A stretch of DNA of 64,000 nt from Desulfatiglandales bacterium (GCA_963667015.2 CAXXJJ010000001.1:2496001-2560000); one strand, 5' to 3'. Counted from the stretch's first letter, positions 20,663-30,544 are shown. Made by a program: numbers and translations. The notes: generated by a model from the sequence alone, not told the origin.

Positions 20663-22384
20663 ATGACCGCAAATATAATTTCAGATGTAATGAATCCTGA
20701 AATCAACAGGGAAGGGGGAATGCCTGAAACCGCATATATGTCTTCTGAACATACGATCGCAGATCGTCCCGGGTCACTGGATAATAAGACCCTTTACCTT
20801 GTTGATACGGGATTCGGGGGCAGTTCAAGGTTTATGATACAGCTTCAGAAATGGTTTGCTGAGAATATGCCGACGGTAAAAACCGTGCGAAGAAGAAAGC
20901 CCGGCGGGCCTCTCATGGGATTTGCTCCCGAGCTATGGAATGAGATAAAGGAAAAGGGGGATGCCGCCATACTTGGGGTTGCAGGGTGACCCGGCTGTGT
21001 CGGAGGGGTCGCCTCCGGACGAAGGGAACTGGAAAGCATGGGAATTCCAACAGCACCCCTTTCAACCTTTGCATTTAAGGAGGCCGCTGAAGGCGGTTTT
21101 GGCGATGACACGCCCTTTATCTATACAAAACACCCGGTTGTTGGGTCGCCCGATGAGGTGCTCATGGATTATATTAAAGGTGAGGACCCGAATACCGGTA
21201 AAATTGTAATCGATGAAATAGTTGAGGCACTGACCACAAAACCGGAAAAAAGAGAGGTGAAGGATAAACCCCTTGGCAATGCTCAAAAGGGATTTTTAAA
21301 ACCGGATACGGAAGATAATCTGCAGGATCTTTTTTATGAAATGGGCTGGACAGACGGCCTGCCGGTCATTCTTCCTACACAGGAGCGTGTTCAAAGGATG
21401 CTGGCCGGAACAAGCGCCTCACCTGATGATATCGTGTCAGAACCCGGTCCCTTTAATCCCGTAAGGGTTTCGGTCCTTGATGTTGCACGGGTAGCCGTAA
21501 TGGCCGGGGCAAGGCCCGAATATTTCCCGGTTATCCTTGCCATAGCCGCAACCGGTGAACGTGCAATCCTGGGGTCAACCACACCCTTTGCATGCATGAT
21601 CGTGGTTAACGGCCCCATAAGAAATGAAATCAAGATGAACTCGGGTATCGGAGCCTTTAACCCTGTTACCATGGCTAACTCTACAATCGGAAGGGCCTGG
21701 ACCCTGCTGGGGCATGCAACTGGCGGAAATAAAAAGAAGGTAACACTCTGGGCATCACAGGGAAATGGTATATCATATAATAACCTCTGCATTGCGGAGA
21801 ATGAAGAAAGAAGCGTCTGGGAGCCCTTCCATGTACAGAAGGGTTTTAAACCCGAGGAAAATGTTGTGAGTATTTTCAGGGGATGGACCTTCAGTCACAG
21901 CATGGGGGCCGCATCCCTGAGATCCCATGCAGAAGAGGTCGCTATACTTTTACAGGCCTTTTCAGCTTATAGTGCATCTGCCACCATAGTTATAGATCCT
22001 TCAGCTGCCAAAATTGTAAAGGAAAACGAAGGGTGCAGTACCAAAGAGGATTTCAGCAGGCGTATATCCGAAACGGCTGAAATGACCGCGGATCGCTTCT
22101 GGAAGACAGACTATGTTGATTTTTTAACAGGGCCCCAGGCGGATAAAGGTGTAGAGCCCTATGCATCATGGAAAAAGTTCTCCGGGGATTCAATCATAAA
22201 GCCTTACCACGATCCTGAAAAAATCAATATAATCGTGACCGGCGGCGAAACCGGTCCCTTTTTCAAGGCATGCGATTTCGGATATGTAACCAGTTCATCA
22301 ATAGATAAATGGAAAGTAAAATCCGATGACATGTGCTCTGACGGGTCCTGCGGTCTTCCTGATGACATGATTGATTATGATTAA
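20663..22384 (+). CDS. UGSC-family-like selenoprotein, 573 aa with Sec at codon 109 (UPGC)
   Basis: ORFs 20663-20989 and 21038-22384 share a frame and are separated only by TGA (20987-20989), giving GVAG-U-PGCVGG...MGIP. Downstream domain GWTDGLPVILPT.ERV. Confidence 0.85.
20999..21020 (+). promoter_or_regulatory. Bacterial SECIS-like hairpin
   Basis: GTCGGAGG-GGTCG-CCTCCGGAC stem-loop starting 10 nt after the UGA, with a G-containing apical loop. Confidence 0.75.
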
Positions 22385-22410
22385 CCGGTCTCGAGGTAGA
22401 GCACTAATTA

Positions 22411-22439
22411 TTGACAGACAAAGAATCCGAATCTAGAAT
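22411..22439 (+). promoter_or_regulatory. Sigma70 promoter
   Basis: TTGACA-N17-TAGAAT. Confidence 0.6.
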
Positions 22440-22462
22440 GCAGTCGATTTTACATAACTAAT

Positions 22463-22900
22463 ATGAAGGAGAATAGTCAGTTGAAAAAAACAGCCCGTAG
22501 TCTGCACATATTATTGTCTTCTGCTGCAGCATTATTTATAGCGCTTTCGCCGATTATTCACGGGCTTCATCTGGCAACTGCTTCTCACCACCATGATTGT
22601 TGCAATGTATGTATAGAGACCCATTCAGCCCCTGGCAGCGGTAATTCTCACAGTTATCGGGTCAGCAGGGATTTTAGTATATCAGCCTTTTCAAAGGAGG
22701 GCAGTTCTGAAGGGCATAACCCTGATACATGTCCTCTTTGCCGGCAGTTTACTCAACTGCTTAAAAATCAGATCGTCCTGCAAAGTTATATGCCAACCGT
22801 TCTGCAGGACAGTTTACCCGAGGAGTATGTTGATTTCCCCCGGCATTACTACCTCATAAGCTTTAGCAATATCATACCAAGGGCTCCTCCTACATGCTGA
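22463..22900 (+). CDS. DUF2946-like His/Cys-rich protein with C-terminal RAPP
   Basis: N-terminal TM, HHHDCCNVC, HNPDTCPLC, terminal PRAPP; directly upstream of a TonB-dependent receptor. Confidence 0.75.
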   Translation: MKENSQLKKTARSLHILLSSAAALFIALSPIIHGLHLATASHHHDCCNVCIETHSAPGSGNSHSYRVSRDFSISAFSKEGSSEGHNPDTCPLCRQFTQLLKNQIVLQSYMPTVLQDSLPEEYVDFPRHYYLISFSNIIPRAPPTC

Positions 22901-23173
22901 TTGTTTTAAAAAACAATATATAAAATTCGATTTGAGAAGGGGAGATTTTAATCTGTTCCGGGATACCGGCAGGATTAGAGCTCAGTCTATAACTGTATAC
23001 ACCCCGCATTTTTATGTGGAGCTGTATCCTTTACAGGGATCAGTCTGCTTTATGAGGGTCTTTATTTTTTCTGTTTGCTACCTATTAAGCTTAATAACAG
23101 AATTATCGGATCTACTAAAGTGAATATCTATCCTTATCTAATTATACATGAATCATTTGAAGGAGTTAGGATT

Positions 23174-25198
23174 ATGAAAAGATTATTTGTATTTATTGCG
23201 GCATTGCTGTGCTGCACATTATTTATTTATGCCGAAGATATCTATACACTTCCGCAGATAGTGGTGACACCGACCGGATCTGAGAAAGATGTGTTTGATA
23301 CATCTTTACCCGTTAACCTGTTAGTGAGCCGCGAGCTGGAGGAGAAGGTCGCTTTCTCAGTGGCAGAGATCTTTCAGAAGGAACCCGGAGTGGACGTGGT
23401 GACCACTGGGCCGGGAAGTGTGCACCCCATGATTCGCGGGCTATACGGCGAGCGGGTTCTCGTTCTCGTCAATAGTGTGCGCCTTTCTGAACAGCGGCCA
23501 GGAGGTAACCATGTATTTTCATTCGATCCTGCTCAGATTGAGCGTGTTGAAGTGGTGCGCGGTCCGGCTTCGGTGCTCTATGGTTCCGATGCGATCGGTG
23601 GCGTGATCAACTTCATCACCAAGAAGGCCGGCGAGAAATTCGCACCCGAAACCCGTTTCGGCGGAGATGTCGATGTTCAGTATGAGGGAGCAACAGACGG
23701 CTGGAAGGAGTCTGCGCACCTGCGATTTGGTAAGGGCAGTTTCAACGGATATGTCGGTGGAACCTATAAGGACACAGGTAATATCGAAACCACGGAAGGC
23801 GAGTTGTCGAACAGCTTTTACGATGGCTACACGGTCTGGGCCGGCGGTAATTACATCACTGACAAATGGAAAACCTATGCAGATTTTTCGCTCATGGAAG
23901 CGGACTTAGGAATTCCCGGTCCCGCGGCCTTTGCAGAGGACTACTTTAAAGGCGAAAAGCATCAGAGTCTTACTCTCGGTTTTGCAGCTAATGAGTTCGC
24001 TGACACTACTGAGGGCTTCAGCGTTGATTTCGGATGGCAGCAGCATAACAGACATCGTTACCGCCGCAAAACGGACGCCATCCCGCCTTTCCTTCAGGGA
24101 GACCTCGAAGTCAACATCTGGCTAGACATCGATACCTATACACTCAAGCCGCAAATGGTTTTCGTTCCCAACGACACGCACCGGTTAACGTTGGGGCTGG
24201 ACACCTTCTATGAAGATGCAACGTCCGACCGCACAATCAGGGATAGTGCTTCGTCATGGGTGAACCCGGGTTTCGACAAGGTTCCTGTCATACCCGATTC
24301 AACACGAAAGGGTTTTGGTTTTTTTGTGCAGGATGAAATTGTGCACGGCGATCGCTGGGTAATCACACCGGGTCTTCGCGCAGACTGGATCAAGGCAGAG
24401 ACAGACGGGCATCCGCGTCACCAGTTGACCGCTAAAGAGACCTCTGATAGCAGTGCGGTGAGTGGAAATCTCGGACTGCTATACAAGGTGAGTAATGAAA
24501 TCAACCTCTATGGTAATGTGGGCCGTGCGTTTCGCTCACCAACTTTGCTGGAACTATACTTTTATGGACCACACGATGTCGGTAATGACATTGGTGATCC
24601 GGACCTTGATCCCGAAACGAGCTGGAACTTCGATATCGGACTGAAAACCCGTACAGACCGGCTGCAAACTACGGTCAGCGCCTTCTACAATATTGTCGAT
24701 GACTACATTATCAAGGAAAACCAGGGTGATGGAAACTACCGCTATATGAACTATGCCTCTGTTTCGCTGTACGGTGTAGAAGCCGGGTTGGACTACAAAT
24801 TGAGCAGCGCATTATCTACATTCGCTTCCATCTCATATGTGAGAGGAGAGAATGACGATACAGGAGTCAATCTTACGGGGGTTCCACCGTTGAAAGCCAC
24901 TTACGGGCTTCGATACGAAGCGGCATTAGACGTGTCAAAGAGTCTCTGGATTGAGGTGGCCGGATTGACTGCATCCGACCAGGATAAGACCGGTCCGAAC
25001 GAGCTAAATACCGAAGGTTACACGCGAGGTGACTTTCGCATCGGGCTCGACCTCGGCAATAAATGGAGCTTTGCTGCTGTGGCTGAGAACTTCACCGACA
25101 AATTGTACCAGGATCATCTCTCTTCATCCTGGCAGGAATTCCAGCTGAACGACCAACCCGGTCGGAATATTAAGGTAATGATCAAGGCGAGGTTCTGA
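23174..25198 (+). CDS. TonB-dependent receptor
   Basis: Signal peptide; plug motifs IRGL and IERVEVVRGPASVLYGSDAIGGVIN; LDPETS; terminal Phe. Confidence 0.95.
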   Translation: MKRLFVFIAALLCCTLFIYAEDIYTLPQIVVTPTGSEKDVFDTSLPVNLLVSRELEEKVAFSVAEIFQKEPGVDVVTTGPGSVHPMIRGLYGERVLVLVNSVRLSEQRPGGNHVFSFDPAQIERVEVVRGPASVLYGSDAIGGVINFITKKAGEKFAPETRFGGDVDVQYEGATDGWKESAHLRFGKGSFNGYVGGTYKDTGNIETTEGELSNSFYDGYTVWAGGNYITDKWKTYADFSLMEADLGIPGPAAFAEDYFKGEKHQSLTLGFAANEFADTTEGFSVDFGWQQHNRHRYRRKTDAIPPFLQGDLEVNIWLDIDTYTLKPQMVFVPNDTHRLTLGLDTFYEDATSDRTIRDSASSWVNPGFDKVPVIPDSTRKGFGFFVQDEIVHGDRWVITPGLRADWIKAETDGHPRHQLTAKETSDSSAVSGNLGLLYKVSNEINLYGNVGRAFRSPTLLELYFYGPHDVGNDIGDPDLDPETSWNFDIGLKTRTDRLQTTVSAFYNIVDDYIIKENQGDGNYRYMNYASVSLYGVEAGLDYKLSSALSTFASISYVRGENDDTGVNLTGVPPLKATYGLRYEAALDVSKSLWIEVAGLTASDQDKTGPNELNTEGYTRGDFRIGLDLGNKWSFAAVAENFTDKLYQDHLSSSWQEFQLNDQPGRNIKVMIKARF

Positions 25199-25344
25199 TC
25201 GATGTCCTGGGGCCTCCACAGTAACGACCAGGAAATCAGGAGGGGAGATAAATAATTTAAAGTATATCGGAGGGGGTCGGGCGGACGCGGCCTCTTCCAA
25301 TACCATGTTGAGCCTTCGGAGCCTAAAGCTTGATAGTCACTCCG

Positions 25345-25506
25345 CTAATCCTGTTTCTTAACCATGTCTTTATCGCAACACCGGAGAGGCACATTGCATG
25401 ATCCGTCTTCACTTCCACATGCACAGGTTTTTGTAACCTGTAATTCCAGGTTGCATGATTCACATTTGTAAATGTCTCCTTTTTTCATGTCACTGCAATT
25501 GGCCAT
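25345..25506 (-). CDS. 53-aa Cys-rich desulforedoxin-like protein (absent from ORF track)
   Basis: MANCSDMKKGDIYKCESCNLELQVTKTCACGSEDGSCNVPLRCCDKDMVKKQD*; AGGAGG RBS. Confidence 0.8.
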   Translation of the reverse strand: MANCSDMKKGDIYKCESCNLELQVTKTCACGSEDGSCNVPLRCCDKDMVKKQD

Positions 25507-25718
25507 AAATAAACCTCCTGTTTTATTGTTTCAAGACTTCTGATTCTATCTGAACAGTCCTATCCCGGATATGATAATATGTGTTATTCTACTATTTTTT
25601 CGGATCAATAACTATTATTATTTTTTATAATATTTAAATAGCAATTGATTATTAGCGTTAAATTTATTAATTTTTCAGGTATTCATAATAAAAAATATAA
25701 TTATTCGCAGAGGAAGAT

Positions 25719-25913
25719 ATGGGCAGAAAAGTATGTATAAACGAGGATGAATGTATCGGGTGCGGCAGCTGTGCCGATATGTGCCCCGATGTATTTGAGA
25801 TGAACCATGAGCTGGAAAAGTCATTTGTAATAAAGGCAGAAGGGGGTGATGAAGACTGCATTCTTGATGCCATGGGCGAATGCCCCATGTCCTGTATATA
25901 CTGGGACGATTAA
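25719..25913 (+). CDS. Single-cluster ferredoxin
   Basis: CIGCGSC...CP and distal ECP. Confidence 0.92.
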   Translation: MGRKVCINEDECIGCGSCADMCPDVFEMNHELEKSFVIKAEGGDEDCILDAMGECPMSCIYWDD

Positions 25914-26038
25914 TCTGCAAAAGATATTATCGGTATTTTTAACTATGGGTTAAGGCAATCTGTTGATTTTGATTTATTAGGTATTAACTTAACTGATATT
26001 TTAATCCCGTTTAAATATTCTTAAGGAGGATATAAAAC

Positions 26039-26356
26039 ATGACAGAAAAAAATCTGCCTGAAACATTCAAATCAATAGTGGATAAATATCCTGAAGTCTG
26101 GGACGCCCATGAAAAGCTTACAATTGCCTGCGCTGAAGCAGGTCCGCTGGATCGAAAGACCTCCGAGCTGATCAAGGTAGGAATCTGTATAGGAAGCGGT
26201 CTTCAGACCGCAACCCAGCGCCATGCGATTATGGCTGTTGAGAATGGCGCAACAAAGGATGAGGTTTATCACACTGCACTCATGGCAATGACCACTCTGG
26301 GGCACCCGAGGGCTGTTGCAGGATGGAAATGGATTCATGATGCACTGGAAGGCTAA
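26039..26356 (+). CDS. Carboxymuconolactone decarboxylase (CMD/AhpD-like) family protein
   Basis: GPLDRKTSELIKVG...H...A.ENGAT.DE. Confidence 0.85.
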   Translation: MTEKNLPETFKSIVDKYPEVWDAHEKLTIACAEAGPLDRKTSELIKVGICIGSGLQTATQRHAIMAVENGATKDEVYHTALMAMTTLGHPRAVAGWKWIHDALEG

Positions 26357-26364
26357 TTTGAAAT

Positions 26365-26904
26365 ATGCTTGATATAAATAACACGGTACTGACAATAATA
26401 GATATTCAGGGAAATCTTGCTCATGCCATGCACGATAAAGAGTCCCTCTTTAAGGGGCTCAAACAGCTGATAAAGGGTTTTACAGCCCTTGATATACCGA
26501 TAATGCTGACAGAGCAGAATCCAAAGGGACTTGGACCGACCCTCCCTGAAATAAAAGAGCTGTTGCCGGATGTAACTGCAATTACCAAAATGAGTTTCAG
26601 CTGCTGTGATGAAAAGGCATATATGGATGCTGTCAGTGCCCTTGGAAAAAAACAGGTGCTTGTTGCCGGCATAGAAGGCCACATATGCGTTTATCAGACC
26701 GCTGCTGCTCTTTTTGATATGGGCTATGAAGTGCAGGTTGTTGCTGATGCAGTAGCATCCAGGTTTCCGGAAAACAGAAAACTGGCCCTTAAAAAAATGA
26801 GCATCATGGGTATTGGAATGACCACCGTGGAGATGGCCCTTTTTGAACTGCTTAAAACCGCAGATCACGAAAAATTCAGGGAAATAGTGAAAATAATTAA
26901 GTGA
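26365..26904 (+). CDS. Isochorismatase-family hydrolase
   Basis: IDIQ, TEQNPKGLGPT, KMSFSC, GIEGHICVYQT. Confidence 0.9.
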   Translation: MLDINNTVLTIIDIQGNLAHAMHDKESLFKGLKQLIKGFTALDIPIMLTEQNPKGLGPTLPEIKELLPDVTAITKMSFSCCDEKAYMDAVSALGKKQVLVAGIEGHICVYQTAAALFDMGYEVQVVADAVASRFPENRKLALKKMSIMGIGMTTVEMALFELLKTADHEKFREIVKIIK

Positions 26905-26997
26905 ACGGCCCCGCAGCACCGATAAACCGGAATTCCCGCCTTGCTTTAAAAGGCAGGGGGGTATCGGCACCTGCGTTTCTCAGGAAAGGAAAATACA

Positions 26998-27414
26998 TTG
27001 CTTAAAACGGGGACCCTTATCCGCTGGCTGATTCTTACCGCAGCAATAATGTTTACCTCATACATCCTTGACGGCATTCAGGTATCAGGGTTTTTCAGTG
27101 CCCTTCTGGCGGCAGCAATTTTAAGTGTCCTTAATGTGTTTTTAAGGCCCGTTTTGATTCTTCTGACTCTTCCCTTTAACATCCTCACCCTGGGACTGTT
27201 CACCTTTGTAATTAATGCCATCCTGCTCATGATGGTATCCGGGGTAATATCCGGATTTACTGTCAGGGATTTCAGTTCTGCCCTCTTTGGATCCTTGCTT
27301 ATAAGTATTGTAAATGCAGTTCTGGGTTTATTTGTTGCTGATGACAGAAAAAGGCATAAAAAGAACAGCCATACAATCGAAATGAAAAGGACCAAAGATG
27401 ACAGGTGGGAATAA
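26998..27414 (+). CDS. YvlD-like 4-TM membrane protein ('phage holin family')
   Basis: RPVLILLTLPFNILTLGLFTFVINA. Confidence 0.85.
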   Translation: MLKTGTLIRWLILTAAIMFTSYILDGIQVSGFFSALLAAAILSVLNVFLRPVLILLTLPFNILTLGLFTFVINAILLMMVSGVISGFTVRDFSSALFGSLLISIVNAVLGLFVADDRKRHKKNSHTIEMKRTKDDRWE

Positions 27415-27490
27415 TCACCTGATATTTTTACATTGTCAGGTACTGCTTGGTACCTGTTTCAGCCTGATGTCGAATAAGTTCTGACAGTTT

Positions 27491-27516
27491 AACCCTGAAA
27501 CGTCAGTTTCAGGGTT
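27491..27516. terminator. Hairpin between convergent genes
   Basis: AACCCTGAAAC-GTCA-GTTTCAGGGTT. Confidence 0.6.
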
Positions 27517-27523
27517 GCTATGG

Positions 27524-28063
27524 TTATTTATCCCAGTCGTCCTCCAGGCATTTTCTGCAGGCATCACATTTCTTGTTTTCATCATATACGCATTGACCGG
27601 GGCCGTTATAATAGAGCTCTTTTCCATTATATACACCGCCGAATATCCCCTGCATGCATGCTGCCTGGAAAAAAATCGGTTTGTCAACGCGTTTGAAATT
27701 GAGGGGGCAGTGCAGAACTCCGGGAGGTATACGTACAATCGTTGGCTTTGTTATTATATACTCTTCCATCTCTTCACCCATGCAGAGTGATATTTCTGCA
27801 TCAAAATCAAACACGTTCGGGAAGGTGCCGCCCAGGAAGATGAGGTATTCTTCAACCGGATGAATATGTGGAGTCCTGTCCAGAAAAAAGGGCTTTACAA
27901 ATATCTGAAAGCCGACATTGTATTTTGATCCCGGTATCTGGCATGCCCCCCTGAAATAGGCCTGGGGAGAATATACAAAATCGGTTCCCACGCCCTCGGC
28001 TGCGGCCTCGTTGTATTCAGGTTTGAACTCGTAGACAAGTTTTTCATATTTTCTTTCGCTCAT
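27524..28063 (-). CDS. Cupin-fold hypothetical protein with Cys-rich tail
   Basis: PHIH...EEYL.F.G and IPPGVLHCP cupin motifs; tail C-x7-CxxCxxC. Confidence 0.7.
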   Translation of the reverse strand: MSERKYEKLVYEFKPEYNEAAAEGVGTDFVYSPQAYFRGACQIPGSKYNVGFQIFVKPFFLDRTPHIHPVEEYLIFLGGTFPNVFDFDAEISLCMGEEMEEYIITKPTIVRIPPGVLHCPLNFKRVDKPIFFQAACMQGIFGGVYNGKELYYNGPGQCVYDENKKCDACRKCLEDDWDK

Positions 28064-28153
28064 GATGGTATTCCTTTCCGAACAGTATTTTTTTAGAGAT
28101 GATGATAGATCTAGTAACTATCTAAAATTCTGAGGGCATAAAAGTCAACCTTA

Positions 28154-28690
28154 TTATTTTGTCTTATTGGCGGAAAGGTAATCTGCAACAGCATCTTCCA
28201 GCAGTTTTCTGAATGCCCTGTCAATGCCTACCATTGTATCCAGTCCCATCACGGTGTGCTGTGGCGATGAATAGAGGAGCGCCTGCGAATACCGGCTGTT
28301 AAGCACACCAAAGTGAATATCAAACTGGTAGATATAGGCAGACTTATATTCAATGCACTTTCCATAAATATGGAGAATTATTTTATTATCTGAGGTCAGG
28401 TCTTTATCTATTTCTTCCATCATTATCTTTCCGCCTTTTTCAGAGGTCTGAAAGGCAAGGCTGTCCGATATAGTTGTTTTAATATCATGGCGTAAAAAAG
28501 ATCTTTTAATGGTCTCGTTTAATTTGGCTGAAATAAAATCACAATTGTTAAAGTCAGTATAAACAAAAATCTTTTCAAATCCTTTAGTTTTCAGCCATTT
28601 ATACTCCTCAGCCTGTGCATATGATGCAAAAAAAAAGGTGAATAGAGCGGTGAACAGGATTACAGATTTGATTCGTAATAAAGTTGTCAT
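28154..28690 (-). CDS. Exported hypothetical protein
   Basis: Signal peptide ending AQA. Confidence 0.6.
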   Translation of the reverse strand: MTTLLRIKSVILFTALFTFFFASYAQAEEYKWLKTKGFEKIFVYTDFNNCDFISAKLNETIKRSFLRHDIKTTISDSLAFQTSEKGGKIMMEEIDKDLTSDNKIILHIYGKCIEYKSAYIYQFDIHFGVLNSRYSQALLYSSPQHTVMGLDTMVGIDRAFRKLLEDAVADYLSANKTK

Positions 28691-28853
28691 GCTTAGATAC
28701 CTCACTGTTGATAAAGATGTTAAAACCCGGCACATATATCAGAATGATAAAAAAAATTCAAAAAAAGCTTTATGCATACATGATATTTGACACCGCTAAC
28801 AAATAAATACTCAAAAAGAGTAATATTCCATGAGAATGAATTTATCTTACCTT

Positions 28854-28898
28854 TCAAACAAAACAGGGGCGAACAATGTCCGCCCCTGTTTTGTTTGA
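28854..28898. terminator. Intrinsic terminator (possibly bidirectional)
   Basis: TCAAACAAAACAGGGGCG / CGCCCCTGTTTTGTTTGA. Confidence 0.75.
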
Positions 28899-28959
28899 GG
28901 TTGCCAAGCTCAGGTTATGTGTCTGGTTTGTATGGATCTAAATAATAGATCCTTTCAGT

Positions 28960-29664
28960 TTAGTTTGCTGTTCCGGAAAGAAGACCTTTATACCCCTTGC
29001 CAATGTCGTTTCTGGCGTCGGAATATATCAGGACAGTATCCAGAAATCTGCCCGGTTCATTTGGCGTGACAGCAAAGCCTATTATGATTTTTTTCCCGGT
29101 TGGAATTTCAATTCTTCCTGATTCCCCTGCATTAAAATACTCTGAGTTAAACTTGCTTGAATGTATCCTGGTGACCGTCAGCGGGGCGTCTCCTTCATTT
29201 TCAATGACCATCTGTACCCGGTTTTTTTCGTTTACCTTTAATTCTCCGACGTCTGTCTTCCTCGGGGTTATCCCGATAACACCCATGGGTATCTGATCAA
29301 CATAACCCAGGATATGTATAACGTCTTCATCCTTACCTTCCGGGCCGGTGAAAATGGTTATGGTTTTGTCAAATTTGCCGGGGTATTTATAGGTATTATA
29401 GATTATCAGGAGTTCCGAACTCTCCCCTGGCTCGATAGTAGTTTTGGAAAGGCTGACACTGGTACATGCACAGCTTGTTACGGTGTTTGCTATCGTTACG
29501 GCTTTGCTGCCTTCGTTGGTAAGGGTTATTTTCTTTTCAACAGGCGGACCTTCTTTTATGTTTCCAAAGCTGATAGAGGTTTCGCTTATTTTAAGATCCG
29601 ATGCATTTGCTGAGTATGCAAAAAAAAGCATTCCCATGAGGATAATTGTCAGAAGCCGATTCAT
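28960..29664 (-). CDS. Exported DUF1573 (Ig-like) domain protein with CxC
   Basis: FGNI.EG, TSCACT, IEPGES, G.FDKTITI; second Ig-like domain. Confidence 0.8.
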   Translation of the reverse strand: MNRLLTIILMGMLFFAYSANASDLKISETSISFGNIKEGPPVEKKITLTNEGSKAVTIANTVTSCACTSVSLSKTTIEPGESSELLIIYNTYKYPGKFDKTITIFTGPEGKDEDVIHILGYVDQIPMGVIGITPRKTDVGELKVNEKNRVQMVIENEGDAPLTVTRIHSSKFNSEYFNAGESGRIEIPTGKKIIIGFAVTPNEPGRFLDTVLIYSDARNDIGKGYKGLLSGTAN

Positions 29665-29700
29665 AATCGATCCTTTTATATCTATAGTATTATGTTGTTT

Positions 29701-30153
29701 TTAATGAACAAGTTTTGATTTTTTATTATAATCAAAATCCTTGTCCTGCCCTTCAGTATGGCACTTTCTGCAGATATCTTCAGTTGCCTTTTGAATGTCA
29801 TCTGCGCTCAGGGTTTCCGTATGTTTCCTTCCTGGCCCGTGACATGCCTCACACTGGACATCCTTGAGTTCCGGGGTAAGCTCCATATCAATATACCCCC
29901 CGTCTTCATTGTAGGCTACCACATGACAGCGAAAGCAACCCGGGTTTTCCTGCTTTTCAGCGCCCTGGGTCTTGAGGTTTTCAAAAGCGTTTCCATGTTT
30001 GGTGGCTTTCCATTTTTCAGCTATTTCCGAATGGCAGTCAGCACATGCGGTATAGCCCAGGTAATCACCAAGTATTTCACTGCGTAAGCTGGTTCCCCAG
30101 CCTAAAACTGAAAAAAATAAAACAGCTATTATAGTATATACTGAACGGGCCAT
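29701..30153 (-). CDS. Periplasmic tetraheme cytochrome c (c554-like)
   Basis: CADCH, CFRCH, CEACH, CRKCH; signal peptide. Confidence 0.9.
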   Translation of the reverse strand: MARSVYTIIAVLFFSVLGWGTSLRSEILGDYLGYTACADCHSEIAEKWKATKHGNAFENLKTQGAEKQENPGCFRCHVVAYNEDGGYIDMELTPELKDVQCEACHGPGRKHTETLSADDIQKATEDICRKCHTEGQDKDFDYNKKSKLVH

Positions 30154-30171
30154 AGTTATTGATTCCCTTAC

Positions 30172-30471
30172 TTAACAGTTACATCCATCAAGCTCTTCGA
30201 CCTTGATATATTTTTTCAACTGGCGCAGCAGCTTCACATCAATTCCTTCAATATCAAGGAGCTCGTCAATATCCACAAATTCTCCGTTTTCCTCTCGAAC
30301 CTCAATGATTTTCTCTGCAAGTTCCTTATTAACGCCGGGAATTTTTACAAGCTCTTCAACTGTTGCCGAGTTGATGTTTATTTTGTCGTCTTCCTCGGCG
30401 TACAATCCTGATGCCAGAAGAGAAAGCATCAGCACTAATGACATGCAATATATAATCTTTTTAATGTTCAT
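30172..30471 (-). CDS. Exported ComEA-like helix-hairpin-helix protein ending GCNC
   Basis: KININSATVEELVKIPGV...AEKII..RE.NG.F. Confidence 0.85.
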   Translation of the reverse strand: MNIKKIIYCMSLVLMLSLLASGLYAEEDDKININSATVEELVKIPGVNKELAEKIIEVREENGEFVDIDELLDIEGIDVKLLRQLKKYIKVEELDGCNC

Positions 30472-30544
30472 AATTGACTCCCTGACCGTATTTATTTGAC
30501 TTCAGTTATAAAACAATGTATTTCTTGACCAATATAAGGTATAA

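Noticed and set aside
22900..23173. Cobalamin or other riboswitch upstream of the TonB receptor
   Set aside because: No recognisable B12-box or other riboswitch consensus; only a simple hairpin.
26998..27414. Prophage suggested by the 'phage holin family' label
   Set aside because: YvlD-like genes are ordinary chromosomal genes, and no phage genes are nearby.
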